From: Spirochaetia bacterium
GTDB taxonomy: Bacteria > Spirochaetota > Spirochaetia > B11-G9
Direction of reading: 5' to 3'
NCBI GenBank assembly: GCA_029932585.1
Contig: JAOZPU010000003.1
Location: forward strand, 1-57,578
Length of the DNA: 57,578 nucleotides
A program made the position numbers and the translations under genes. Positions 18,692 through 27,749 of this stretch are shown here, piece by piece (within the stretch, counting starts at the first letter, position 1; every line of letters starts with the position of its first letter). The notes under the pieces are model-generated. The model searched no databases, was not told the DNA's origin, and saw only the letters and a list, made by a program, of their open reading frames with translations.

Positions 18692-20191
18692 ATGTTTACA
18701 TCGAATATCGATGCAAAGAGATTAGCTACACTTATCGAAATTAATAATCTTATTAATTTAGATTATCAGGATGCACATGCTCTTTTGTCTAGAATTTTAG
18801 AATCTGCAACAAGACTTACAATGGGAGAAGCTTCATCGCTTCTCCTTGTAAATTCTGAAAACAATAAACTATACTTTGAAATATCTATAGGTTCCAAAGA
18901 AGAGGAACTTAAAAATTATTCCCTTAATATGGGAGAGGGAATTGCGGGATGGGTAGCAAAAAACAGTACTTCTTTAATAGTTAATGATGTAGATACTGAT
19001 CCAAGATATTTTGCTGAAATTGGTGATAAAATTGGTTTTAATACAAAGTCTATTCTTGCAGTTCCTATGTTAATAAAAGATGAATGTGTTGGTGTTATAG
19101 AGATAATTAATAGAAATGATGGTGGTTATTTTTCTAATGAAGATCTTCAATGGCTGGAAATGTTTGCATCCCAGTCTGCTCTTACTATTAGAAATGCAAA
19201 AGAATATCAACGTGTAAAAAATGAAGTTGACTTACTTCAAAATAGAATAGATAAAAGTGTTAATAGCTATCATACATTTATAGGATCGAGTAAGCCTATA
19301 ATTGAAAAACTTGATATTGCAAAGAAAATTGCACTTACAAATTCATCAGTTCTTATAACTGGCGAGAGTGGTGTTGGTAAAGAATTATTTGCAGAACAAA
19401 TTCATCTGAATAGTAAACGAGCTAATGGGCCATTCATTCGGGTAAATTGTGCTGCTTTGCCAGATAATCTTATTGAAAACGAACTCTTTGGTCATGTAAA
19501 AGGAGCTTTTACAGATGCTATTAGTGACAGGAGAGGAAGATTTGAACTGGCAGATAAAGGAACAATTTTTCTTGATGAAATAGGGGAAATACCTTTAAGT
19601 CTGCAATCAAAACTTCTAAGAGTTTTACAGCACAAAGTATTTGAAAAAGTAGGATCCAGTAATTCTATAACTGTAGATGTAAGAATACTGGCTGCTACTA
19701 ATTCGGATTTAGAAAAAGCACTTAAAAATGGTACATTCAGAAAAGATTTATACTACAGGTTAAATGTATTACCTTTTCATATACCTCCATTAAGAGAAAG
19801 AACTGAGGACATTACAATTCTTGCAAACTTTTTTTTAACAGAGTATACAAATAAAAAAACAATTAATTTTACAATTGAAGCTTTAGAAGCTTTACTTTCT
19901 TATTCCTGGCCTGGAAATGTTAGAGAATTGGAAAATGTTGTTGAACGAGCAGTTATTGTATCATCTAATAATATCATTGATGTTGAAGACTTAATGCTGC
20001 AGAATTACGATACTAAAAAAGACCCCTATATTGGAAAATCTTTAAAGGAAGCAATTATTCAGTTTAAAAAATATTTTATTAAAAGTGTATTAGATAGACA
20101 TAAATGGAATCAAACTGTAACATCTAAAGTGTTAGGGATTCAAAGAACCTATCTTTCAAAACTTATAAAAGAACATAATATAAGAAAATAA
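18692..20191 (+). CDS. sigma-54-dependent transcriptional activator, GAF-AAA+-Fis HTH (no receiver domain)
   Basis: A GAF-like N-domain, the Walker A motif GESGVGKE, ENELFGHVKGAFTDA (a GAFTGA-type loop), FLDEIGE, and a C-terminal HTH (VLGIQRTYLSKLIKEH). It starts 3 nt after the rpsA stop. Confidence 0.85.
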   Translation: MFTSNIDAKRLATLIEINNLINLDYQDAHALLSRILESATRLTMGEASSLLLVNSENNKLYFEISIGSKEEELKNYSLNMGEGIAGWVAKNSTSLIVNDVDTDPRYFAEIGDKIGFNTKSILAVPMLIKDECVGVIEIINRNDGGYFSNEDLQWLEMFASQSALTIRNAKEYQRVKNEVDLLQNRIDKSVNSYHTFIGSSKPIIEKLDIAKKIALTNSSVLITGESGVGKELFAEQIHLNSKRANGPFIRVNCAALPDNLIENELFGHVKGAFTDAISDRRGRFELADKGTIFLDEIGEIPLSLQSKLLRVLQHKVFEKVGSSNSITVDVRILAATNSDLEKALKNGTFRKDLYYRLNVLPFHIPPLRERTEDITILANFFLTEYTNKKTINFTIEALEALLSYSWPGNVRELENVVERAVIVSSNNIIDVEDLMLQNYDTKKDPYIGKSLKEAIIQFKKYFIKSVLDRHKWNQTVTSKVLGIQRTYLSKLIKEHNIRK

Positions 20192-20203
20192 CTAGGAGTA
20201 AAA

Positions 20204-20890
20204 ATGTCTCAGAATAAAGAAAAAACAGAAAAAGTTGCTGTTAAACAAAAATTAGCTCTATTAATTCAAAAAAACAGTAAAATACTACTCGCATTTATAG
20301 TTCTGATAGTTGTAATAGTTTTAGCTTTACTTGTTTATAATTCAATTCAATTAAAGAATATAGAAAAGTATACTCAGGAAATTGAATCTATACAGGATGA
20401 GTATACAACTATAACTACCACTGTTAATGAAACAGAAAAAGTAACATTAGAAAAAGCAATTTTGATTAAGCTTGATAAACTAATAGCTAGCAGCCCTAAG
20501 AACTATGCTTTGCAACGCGCACTTTTTATAAGAGCTAATATTTATTACCAAAATCAGGAATGGGACAAATCAATTGCTGACTTTAATTTATTGGCAAAAG
20601 ATTTTTCCAATAGTTATCTGGCACCTATCTCACTTATAAATACTGCTATCTGTTATGAGGATTCTAATAGATTGGATCAGGCTATTGAAACATATCACTT
20701 AGTAATACAGGATTATTCAAAAGTTTCTCCTGAAATTCCAAATATTTATTTTTCTTTGGGTCGACTTTATGAACACCAGGGAAATATAGATTCTGCGTTA
20801 ACTGAATATAATAACCTGGTAGATTCTTTTCCTGACAGTAATTGGACAAATCTTGCAAGAAGCCGTATAATCTATATTGAAAGTAAATAA
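20204..20890 (+). CDS. membrane-anchored TPR protein (YfgM-like architecture)
   Basis: An N-terminal TM helix (ILLAFIVLIVVIVLALLVY) followed by TPR units (ANIYYQNQEWDKSIADFNLLAKDF...). AGGAG lies upstream of the ATG. Confidence 0.5.
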   Translation: MSQNKEKTEKVAVKQKLALLIQKNSKILLAFIVLIVVIVLALLVYNSIQLKNIEKYTQEIESIQDEYTTITTTVNETEKVTLEKAILIKLDKLIASSPKNYALQRALFIRANIYYQNQEWDKSIADFNLLAKDFSNSYLAPISLINTAICYEDSNRLDQAIETYHLVIQDYSKVSPEIPNIYFSLGRLYEHQGNIDSALTEYNNLVDSFPDSNWTNLARSRIIYIESK

Positions 20891-20899
20891 ACTTGTCAA

Positions 20900-20934
20900 C
20901 AAACTGATAGCTACTAAGATATCAGTTTGTTTTT
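20900..20934 (+). terminator. rho-independent terminator-like hairpin
   Basis: A perfect 10-bp stem, CAAACTGATA (20900-20909) pairing with TATCAGTTTG (20920-20929). It has a 10-nt loop and is followed by TTTTT (20930-20934). Confidence 0.55.
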
Positions 20935-20955
20935 AGTATTTCACTGGAGTAAAAA

Positions 20956-23376
20956 ATGGCAAAAACTGCAAAGAAGCGAGCTAAAATTCTCGAAGCTAAA
21001 TACTTTGGACTCCTTATTGGGGTAATGATTATCTTTTTAACTATAGGTGTTACACATTACACATCTATAATTGATAATCTTGAAACAAAAATACTTGATG
21101 TTCACTTTCGTTTGAAAAATACATTTTTAAATGAAACTATACAGGAAGGAGTAAGTTATGTTGAACATAACCCGGATATCTCCCCTGATATATTAATTGT
21201 TGGCATTGACTTCAAAACTCTAACAAAATTTGGTAAATGGCCATTCCCCAGATATACACACTCTTATTTAATAAATACTTTATCGAGAATAAGTAATCCA
21301 AACGAAAGAGAAAGAGCTCTTTTTATTGATATATTTTTTGTAGAGCCTGATTTAGAGGCAATAGATGATGCTATTTTAATAGATAGCATTAAATCCAGTG
21401 GAAGGGTTTTTCTTGAAACAATTTTAGATGAAGTACCTCCTGCAGCTGATATTAGTCAAGAGATATTTACAAGGCAACAAGTTTTATATGATAATTATGG
21501 CGAAATACGTAATATAATTGGTGATTGGGAATCAATGATCGCTTTCACGGGATTACAAGCTCCTCTTCAACCATATGCTGCAGCTGCAAGAGGATATGGA
21601 CATGCTAATTATTTAAAAGATAGTGATGAAATTTACAGAAGACAACCTTTAATTGGGAAATCAGCACAATTAATAAAAGAAATAAAACTTGATGATCTTA
21701 ATGAAAATTTTACAATAGATAAGAATAATTTTCAAAGATTAGCATGGTTTGACAAAGATGATATTTTACATAATATTGAATATCCTTTAAATAATTCTAT
21801 AATAGATAAATTAAAAAAACAGATGCTTGAAAAAGCCCCTTTAAAAACTGTTGATAGTAATAATGACGGGACACCAGACGAAAGTTACTATATTGTAAGA
21901 CTTTATGAAGATCATTTTCTACCTGCTATTACTCTTTCACTTGCTCTTGAGTACTTCAATAAGGAACTTTCAGATATTGAGGTTTCTCTTGATAAATATA
22001 TTTTTATTCCACATCCACAACATTTTAATACAGAAACAGGTTTATGGGGTCCATATCAATTAACAACAAAAGAACCTGTTTATAATGAAGAAGGTGAAAT
22101 AATAGAAGAGGGTGAATACCGTATTGTCAATGATATAAAAATACCTATTGATGAAAACGGAGCTATGCTTGTAAACTTCATGGGACGTCCTTCTTTTGCA
22201 ACTGCTGGCAAAAGACAAACATTTCCCGTTCGATCATATTCAGGATATGCATCAAACCCTCCAGGGCTAGATCCTTCCAGATGGCCTAAAACAAGAGCTC
22301 TGGGAAATAAAATTGTTATGATGGGAGCATTTGCAAGGGGAGTGGCAGATGATCAGAAACCAACTCCCTTTGGTTTAATGTATGGGGTTGAAATACATGC
22401 AAATGCCTTAAATACAATATTAATGTCTAATTTTATTACAAATGTACCCTATTTTATTGATATTTTAATTTTGGTTTTCATGGTATTGTTAATTTCATTT
22501 ATTTCTTCAAGACTTTCTACTATATGGGCTTTAGTTGTTACAATAATAGTTGAAGGATCTTTATTTGTTGTTTCTTCGATGATATTTGACAGTAATGCTG
22601 TTTTAATTAATTTCACAGCTCCTGCTCTGGCAACAATTTTTTCTCTTATCACAATTATTGTTTATCGAATAATGACAGAAGAAAAAGATAAAAAAAGAAT
22701 TAGAAATATGTTTGGTACGTATGTAAATCCAAAAGTTGTAGATCAGCTTCTTGAGAATCCTCCTGAACTAGGTGGTGTAGATAAAGAGATAACTGTCTTA
22801 TTTTCAGACATAAGGGGCTTTACAAGGACCTCTGAAGGTCTTTCTCCACAGGATCTGGTAAAATATATAAACAAGTATCTAACAGCTATGACTGAAGTTA
22901 TTGATAAAGATGAAGGTACTCTTGATAAATATGTCGGAGATGAAATTATGGCCTTCTGGGGTGCGCCTATGGAACAGAAAGACCACGCACTAAGGGCCTG
23001 TAGATCTGCTGTAAGACAAATGGAAGCATTAAGAAATTTCAATAAAACTATGCCTGTAGAAAGACATATTGATATTGGAATTGGTCTTAACTCGGGAATA
23101 ATGACTGTTGCTAATGTAGGATCAACCAAAAGGATGAACTATACTCTAATGGGGGATAATGTCAATTTAGGAGCTAGACTTGAAGGGACAAACAAGGTTT
23201 ACAGGACTAATATTATTATTAGTGAAAACACTTATGGACTGGTTAAAGATCATATAATTGCAAGAGAACTTGATAATATTAGAGTTAAAGGTAAAAATAA
23301 ACCTGTTCTAATATATGAATTAATAGATTTTATTGGGAATGATGGAAAATCAACTGAAATTATTCAAGATAATTAA
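20956..23376 (+). CDS. CHASE2-domain membrane sensor fused to class III adenylate/guanylate cyclase
   Basis: N-terminal TM, a large extracytoplasmic region, and a cluster of TM helices (aa ~495-575). The cyclase motifs are VLFSDIRGFT, KYVGDEIMAFWGAP and YTLMGDNVNLGARLEG. Confidence 0.8.
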   Translation: MAKTAKKRAKILEAKYFGLLIGVMIIFLTIGVTHYTSIIDNLETKILDVHFRLKNTFLNETIQEGVSYVEHNPDISPDILIVGIDFKTLTKFGKWPFPRYTHSYLINTLSRISNPNERERALFIDIFFVEPDLEAIDDAILIDSIKSSGRVFLETILDEVPPAADISQEIFTRQQVLYDNYGEIRNIIGDWESMIAFTGLQAPLQPYAAAARGYGHANYLKDSDEIYRRQPLIGKSAQLIKEIKLDDLNENFTIDKNNFQRLAWFDKDDILHNIEYPLNNSIIDKLKKQMLEKAPLKTVDSNNDGTPDESYYIVRLYEDHFLPAITLSLALEYFNKELSDIEVSLDKYIFIPHPQHFNTETGLWGPYQLTTKEPVYNEEGEIIEEGEYRIVNDIKIPIDENGAMLVNFMGRPSFATAGKRQTFPVRSYSGYASNPPGLDPSRWPKTRALGNKIVMMGAFARGVADDQKPTPFGLMYGVEIHANALNTILMSNFITNVPYFIDILILVFMVLLISFISSRLSTIWALVVTIIVEGSLFVVSSMIFDSNAVLINFTAPALATIFSLITIIVYRIMTEEKDKKRIRNMFGTYVNPKVVDQLLENPPELGGVDKEITVLFSDIRGFTRTSEGLSPQDLVKYINKYLTAMTEVIDKDEGTLDKYVGDEIMAFWGAPMEQKDHALRACRSAVRQMEALRNFNKTMPVERHIDIGIGLNSGIMTVANVGSTKRMNYTLMGDNVNLGARLEGTNKVYRTNIIISENTYGLVKDHIIARELDNIRVKGKNKPVLIYELIDFIGNDGKSTEIIQDN

Positions 23377-24109
23377 ATATTTCGTGAAATTTAAAACAGG
23401 GGTAGTATACTCATTCTCCCTTGTTTTATTAGTTTTTTTAGTATCATCATGTGGAATTAGTACTTATATTTATATCTATCCTCCAATAAAAAATGGTATA
23501 AATTTATCATTTTCTCATGATTCAAGAAATAATAAGGATCCCAATTTTTTTAATTTGGGATATGATATTTATTATAGAATATATGACAATTCTGCAGGTT
23601 CCCAATTTAATGGTAAAACAGCCTCAGAAATTGATAATATACTTATGGCTGATGGAAATACTTTTTTTACTTCAGATAATATTAATAAACTTTTATTTCG
23701 TGCATTCGATACAGATAGTTTATACAAACCACTAAAACATTTTTCCAATGATAAATCTTTAGATTATTCAGTGCCACCATTTTTACCAGTTGACAATAGT
23801 GTGATAGCTGATAAATCATTTTATATAAATATTATTCTTAATAGTACAAATAGGAATGATCCATATCTAGAAACTGTTGCTCCGTATAGTTCAATAACAT
23901 TGCCCGAAACAATTAAATTTAGAAGATATATTTCTAATGATTTTAAAGATTTTACAACATTTAACAATTCAGATGAAGATATAAACTTTACGATAATTGA
24001 TGATAATTTTTTAGTTACATTTTTTGTACTTTCCTATGGTTTTACGGTAAATTATTATACTCTTACATCAGATAAACCAATTTATATTGGATATACAATT
24101 TTTAGTTAA
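23339..24109 (+). CDS. putative lipoprotein, function unknown (start uncertain)
   Basis: Signal peptide with a lipobox-like FLVSSC. Possible starts are TTG 23333, ATG 23339 or 23342 (all overlapping the cyclase 3' end), or in-frame GTG 23384 (no overlap). Confidence 0.5.
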   Translation: MMENQLKLFKIIKYFVKFKTGVVYSFSLVLLVFLVSSCGISTYIYIYPPIKNGINLSFSHDSRNNKDPNFFNLGYDIYYRIYDNSAGSQFNGKTASEIDNILMADGNTFFTSDNINKLLFRAFDTDSLYKPLKHFSNDKSLDYSVPPFLPVDNSVIADKSFYINIILNSTNRNDPYLETVAPYSSITLPETIKFRRYISNDFKDFTTFNNSDEDINFTIIDDNFLVTFFVLSYGFTVNYYTLTSDKPIYIGYTIFS

Positions 24110-24123
24110 TTCAGGAGATTACT

Positions 24124-24408
24124 TTGTTTAGTTTTTATTTTAATATTGGTTTAATATACCTGTTAGTTGGATTCGCTGTTGCTCTTATTTCCTATTTTGC
24201 TTTTAAAAAAATGGTTTTGGGAAATTTCCTTGGAGCTTTGGTTATTGCATTAATAGGTTCTTATCTGGGTGGGGTGCTTGAATTTGTATTTAAAGATTTA
24301 ATTAACTTTCTTAGTAATCTAAATAATTCAGTAAATATTTTCCCTCCATTATTTACATCTATTATATTGATGTGGATTTTTACAAAGGTAAGTGAAAAAT
24401 ATAAATAA
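24124..24408 (+). CDS. small membrane protein, GlsB/YeaQ/YmgE-like
   Basis: 94 aa with a TTG start and AGGAG 6 nt upstream. It has three hydrophobic Gly-rich helices (LGALVIALIGSYLGGVL). Confidence 0.45.
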   Translation: MFSFYFNIGLIYLLVGFAVALISYFAFKKMVLGNFLGALVIALIGSYLGGVLEFVFKDLINFLSNLNNSVNIFPPLFTSIILMWIFTKVSEKYK

Positions 24409-24481
24409 TTCATTACTTCCGATAATGTATATTCTGTCTACTTGAATACTTAATTCCTATTTTATAAGAGGTTATTATATA

Positions 24482-25288
24482 ATGGATTCGAAAAATATAG
24501 ATAAAACAGGTAAAGCCTACAAAGAACTGCTTGAAGTTATAATTAAACTTCGTAGTCCGGAAGGATGCCCTTGGGATAAAAAACAAACACTTAAATCCTT
24601 AATTCCTAATTTATTTGAAGAAACTTTTGAATGCATAGATGCAATTGATAACCAGGATACAGACAATACCATGGAAGAGATTGGCGATTTATATCTTCTG
24701 GTTGTTATGCTCTCATATATTCTGGAACAATCCAGTACATACACTATTGTCAATGTACTGGATACAATTAAAGAAAAACTTATTAGAAGACATCCACATG
24801 TCTTTTCTGATACAAAAGTAAATTCCGTTGATGAAGTTCTTGATCTTTGGCAGGATATCAAAGTAAATGTGGAAGGAAGGTCTAGAAAAAACTCTATTCT
24901 GGATTCTATACCTTTATCGTTTCCACCACTAGAAAGAGCTTTTAAAATTCAAAAAAAAGTTTCTAAAGTCGGATTTGACTGGTCAAATTCTGTAGACGTT
25001 ATAAAAAAAATAAAAGAAGAACTTAGTGAACTGGAATATGAATTAAGTAATAACAATAAAGAATTAGCTGAAGGCGAAATGGGAGATTTCCTTTTTTCTG
25101 TAATAAATTTGTCAAGATTCCTGGATATTGATCCAGCTTTAGCTCTTCATAAAACTAATCAGAAATTTACAAAAAGATTTAAACATGTTGAAAAAGAGAT
25201 ACTAAAACAAGGAAAAGAATTAGGAGAATCTTCTCTTGAGGAGATGGACATATTTTGGGAACAGGCAAAAAATATTGAAAATACCTAA
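24482..25288 (+). CDS. mazG: nucleoside triphosphate pyrophosphohydrolase MazG
   Basis: RSPEGCPWDKKQT, EETFECIDAI, EEIGDLYLLV, RHPHVF, and a second EELSELEYE/EMGDFLF half. This is the tandem MazG domain layout. Confidence 0.88.
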   Translation: MDSKNIDKTGKAYKELLEVIIKLRSPEGCPWDKKQTLKSLIPNLFEETFECIDAIDNQDTDNTMEEIGDLYLLVVMLSYILEQSSTYTIVNVLDTIKEKLIRRHPHVFSDTKVNSVDEVLDLWQDIKVNVEGRSRKNSILDSIPLSFPPLERAFKIQKKVSKVGFDWSNSVDVIKKIKEELSELEYELSNNNKELAEGEMGDFLFSVINLSRFLDIDPALALHKTNQKFTKRFKHVEKEILKQGKELGESSLEEMDIFWEQAKNIENT

Positions 25289-25291
25289 GTA

Positions 25292-27748
25292 TTAAGTTTT
25301 TAAATAATTAAAATAGTTTTTCCCATCTATTCCTGCATAAAGATGAGTTCTTTCTAATGAGTAATTAGTATTAAAATCTGTTCTATCTATAAATTTATCT
25401 ATATAAAAAAATACATTACTATCTTTTCGACCTGTATTTTGTATTGTAATTTTTAATTTTTCTTTTTGCTCCCATATTTGTATATTTGGGTATTCGTTTT
25501 TTTCCTGAACAAAGTTTAACAATTTGTTAAATAAATCTTTATTATCCAAAGAAGATGATACTAAATAAGAGGAACCTCCATAAAGGGACATTAATGATTT
25601 TCTTTTTCTGTTAGATACATTTAAATTTAATAGTTTCGTTTTATTTAATTTAATTCCTTGTGGTAAATTATTATTCATACGTGTAAGTAAATCTAATTCA
25701 GGTATATTTGAGCTTAGAGTTATAGATAAAATTTCAACTTCAGAATTAATTCCTAAAGACAATGGATGTGCAAACTCGATTTTAGGTTTAGGATTAAACC
25801 CTTGAGTATATTTAATTTTAATTCCTGACCGTCTTAAAGTTTTTGAAAATACATTTAAAATATTTAAATGAGAAAGGTAAATAGCTTTTCCCTGTTTGCT
25901 AAACTCAAGTAAATATAAAAATGATAAATCTGTATTTTCTTTAACAATTTCTTTTATTGGTAATTCCGATAAAGTTCTTTTATTAGTATTCTTTTCTACT
26001 ACTGTCTCATTCTTGCAAACACCACAATTGTGAGTACAGGGATCATCACAAATTTCAGTTGTCTCATAATTCAAAGATTTCTTATATTCTCTTTTTAAAT
26101 ATGGTTTTGTTATACCAAGAGTTATTCCATCCCATGGAAACTTCTCATCTAATGATTTCTCTCTTGTTATCTCATCCTCTACATTCCAATTTGCATTATC
26201 AATTGATTTTTTCCAAATAGACATATCAAAATGTTCTTCCCATGCATCAAGTCTTGCTCCAGCTTTATATGCATCAAGTATTATGGCACCTACCCTTCTA
26301 TCACCTCTGGAGATAATCCCCTCGACATATGATACTATTGGAGTATGATACGAAAGTTTAACATTACTGTTTCTTTTAAAGTAATTCTTTAAATCTCTCA
26401 TATCCTTATAAGCTACATGTTCTTTTAACTGAGGTGCCCATTGAAACGGAGTATGTGGTTTAGGTATAAAAGTACCTACATTTACATTTAACTTCATTCC
26501 TGTCTTTTTTTGAATTTCATCAATATAAGAAGATATCCTGTTAGCTTCGGTAGACCTATCTGTACCCGGAAGTCCAATCATAAAATAGAATTTTGCAAGC
26601 TTCCAGCCCATACCTTTAGCTTCTTTTAGTATAGAAATTATTTTTTCCGGATCTATTTCTTTATTTATACTTTTTCTCCATTGTTCATCTGGAGTTTCTA
26701 TAGCAAAAGTAAGACCACTTTTACGAACTCTGGATAACTCTTTAAGTAGAGGAAGTGTAAATGAATTTATTCTTAGTGATGGTAGTGAAAATGATATATT
26801 TCTTGTTACAAATTCTGAATTAAGCCTATTTATAAGTATATCCAGGTCTTTATAATCACCGGAAGATAATGATGAAAGGGTAATTTCATTATAGCCACAT
26901 TTATCTACTAAAAAATCTACTTCTTCTACAATATGCTCAATATTTTTTTGTCTATAAGGCCTATAAAAAGACGCTGCATGACAAAACCTGCAACTATTAG
27001 GGCAACCTCTCATAATTTCAATAATACCATTGTCCTGAATTGTAGATATATTTGAAATTGGGATTAAACCAGTCAGTTCACTATTAAATCCAGGCCATAT
27101 AGATCTTTGAACTAAACCAGTCTTAGAATCAGTCCAAACATATGGAGAGTTAGACAAAGTATCTAAAACAAATTGTCTATCTGCACCCTTTCTTTTGGCA
27201 ACTGAGATGGTAGTCATTAAATCATAAAAATCTTTTTCTGCTTCTCCCAAATAAACTGCGTCTAAAAAACTTCCAAAAGGAGCAGGATTAGTAATAGCTG
27301 GCCCTCCTGCAATTATAACAGGATCATGTTCATTTCGATCTTTATTTAAAATAGGGATGTGGCCAGTTTCCAGGATAGTCAGTATATTTGTTGCACTTAA
27401 TTCATATCCAATTGAAAAACCCAAAATATCCAATTCATTTAAAGGAATACCATTCTCTAAAGTATACAATGGTATATTATGTAATTTTAGTTTTGTTTCA
27501 AAATCCTGTGCTGGTGCAAAAACTCTTTCACAGCTAACTCCATCGAGATTATTTAACCCTCTGTACAACAATTTTATTGCATGATTTGACATTCCTATTT
27601 CATAAAGGTCTGGAAAACAAATCCCAAAATTCAAATTTGATTTATCATACCCTGTAATAGAACCAAATTCGCCTCCAACATAACGTCCAGGCATTAAAAC
27701 ATTTAACAGGATATTTTTTAAATCTTGTTCAGGTTGAATTAAACTCAT
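25292..27748 (-). CDS. fused radical SAM protein (B12-binding-like N-domain, radical SAM core, DUF2344-like C-domain)
   Basis: CPNSCRFC (CxxxCxxC) at nt 26981-27004. The N-terminus MPGRYVGGEFGS and the C-terminal GFNPKPKIEFAHPLSLG resemble the TIGR03960/TIGR03936 pair, from memory. It starts 1 nt after the rodA stop. Confidence 0.75.
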   Translation of the reverse strand: MSLIQPEQDLKNILLNVLMPGRYVGGEFGSITGYDKSNLNFGICFPDLYEIGMSNHAIKLLYRGLNNLDGVSCERVFAPAQDFETKLKLHNIPLYTLENGIPLNELDILGFSIGYELSATNILTILETGHIPILNKDRNEHDPVIIAGGPAITNPAPFGSFLDAVYLGEAEKDFYDLMTTISVAKRKGADRQFVLDTLSNSPYVWTDSKTGLVQRSIWPGFNSELTGLIPISNISTIQDNGIIEIMRGCPNSCRFCHAASFYRPYRQKNIEHIVEEVDFLVDKCGYNEITLSSLSSGDYKDLDILINRLNSEFVTRNISFSLPSLRINSFTLPLLKELSRVRKSGLTFAIETPDEQWRKSINKEIDPEKIISILKEAKGMGWKLAKFYFMIGLPGTDRSTEANRISSYIDEIQKKTGMKLNVNVGTFIPKPHTPFQWAPQLKEHVAYKDMRDLKNYFKRNSNVKLSYHTPIVSYVEGIISRGDRRVGAIILDAYKAGARLDAWEEHFDMSIWKKSIDNANWNVEDEITREKSLDEKFPWDGITLGITKPYLKREYKKSLNYETTEICDDPCTHNCGVCKNETVVEKNTNKRTLSELPIKEIVKENTDLSFLYLLEFSKQGKAIYLSHLNILNVFSKTLRRSGIKIKYTQGFNPKPKIEFAHPLSLGINSEVEILSITLSSNIPELDLLTRMNNNLPQGIKLNKTKLLNLNVSNRKRKSLMSLYGGSSYLVSSSLDNKDLFNKLLNFVQEKNEYPNIQIWEQKEKLKITIQNTGRKDSNVFFYIDKFIDRTDFNTNYSLERTHLYAGIDGKNYFNYLKT

Positions 27749-27749
27749 T

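Noticed and set aside
20957-20970. TGGCAAAAACTGCA at the start of the cyclase gene, considered as a sigma-54 promoter.
   Set aside because: The GG-to-GC spacing is 2 nt too short, and the sequence is simply the codons M-A-K-T-A.
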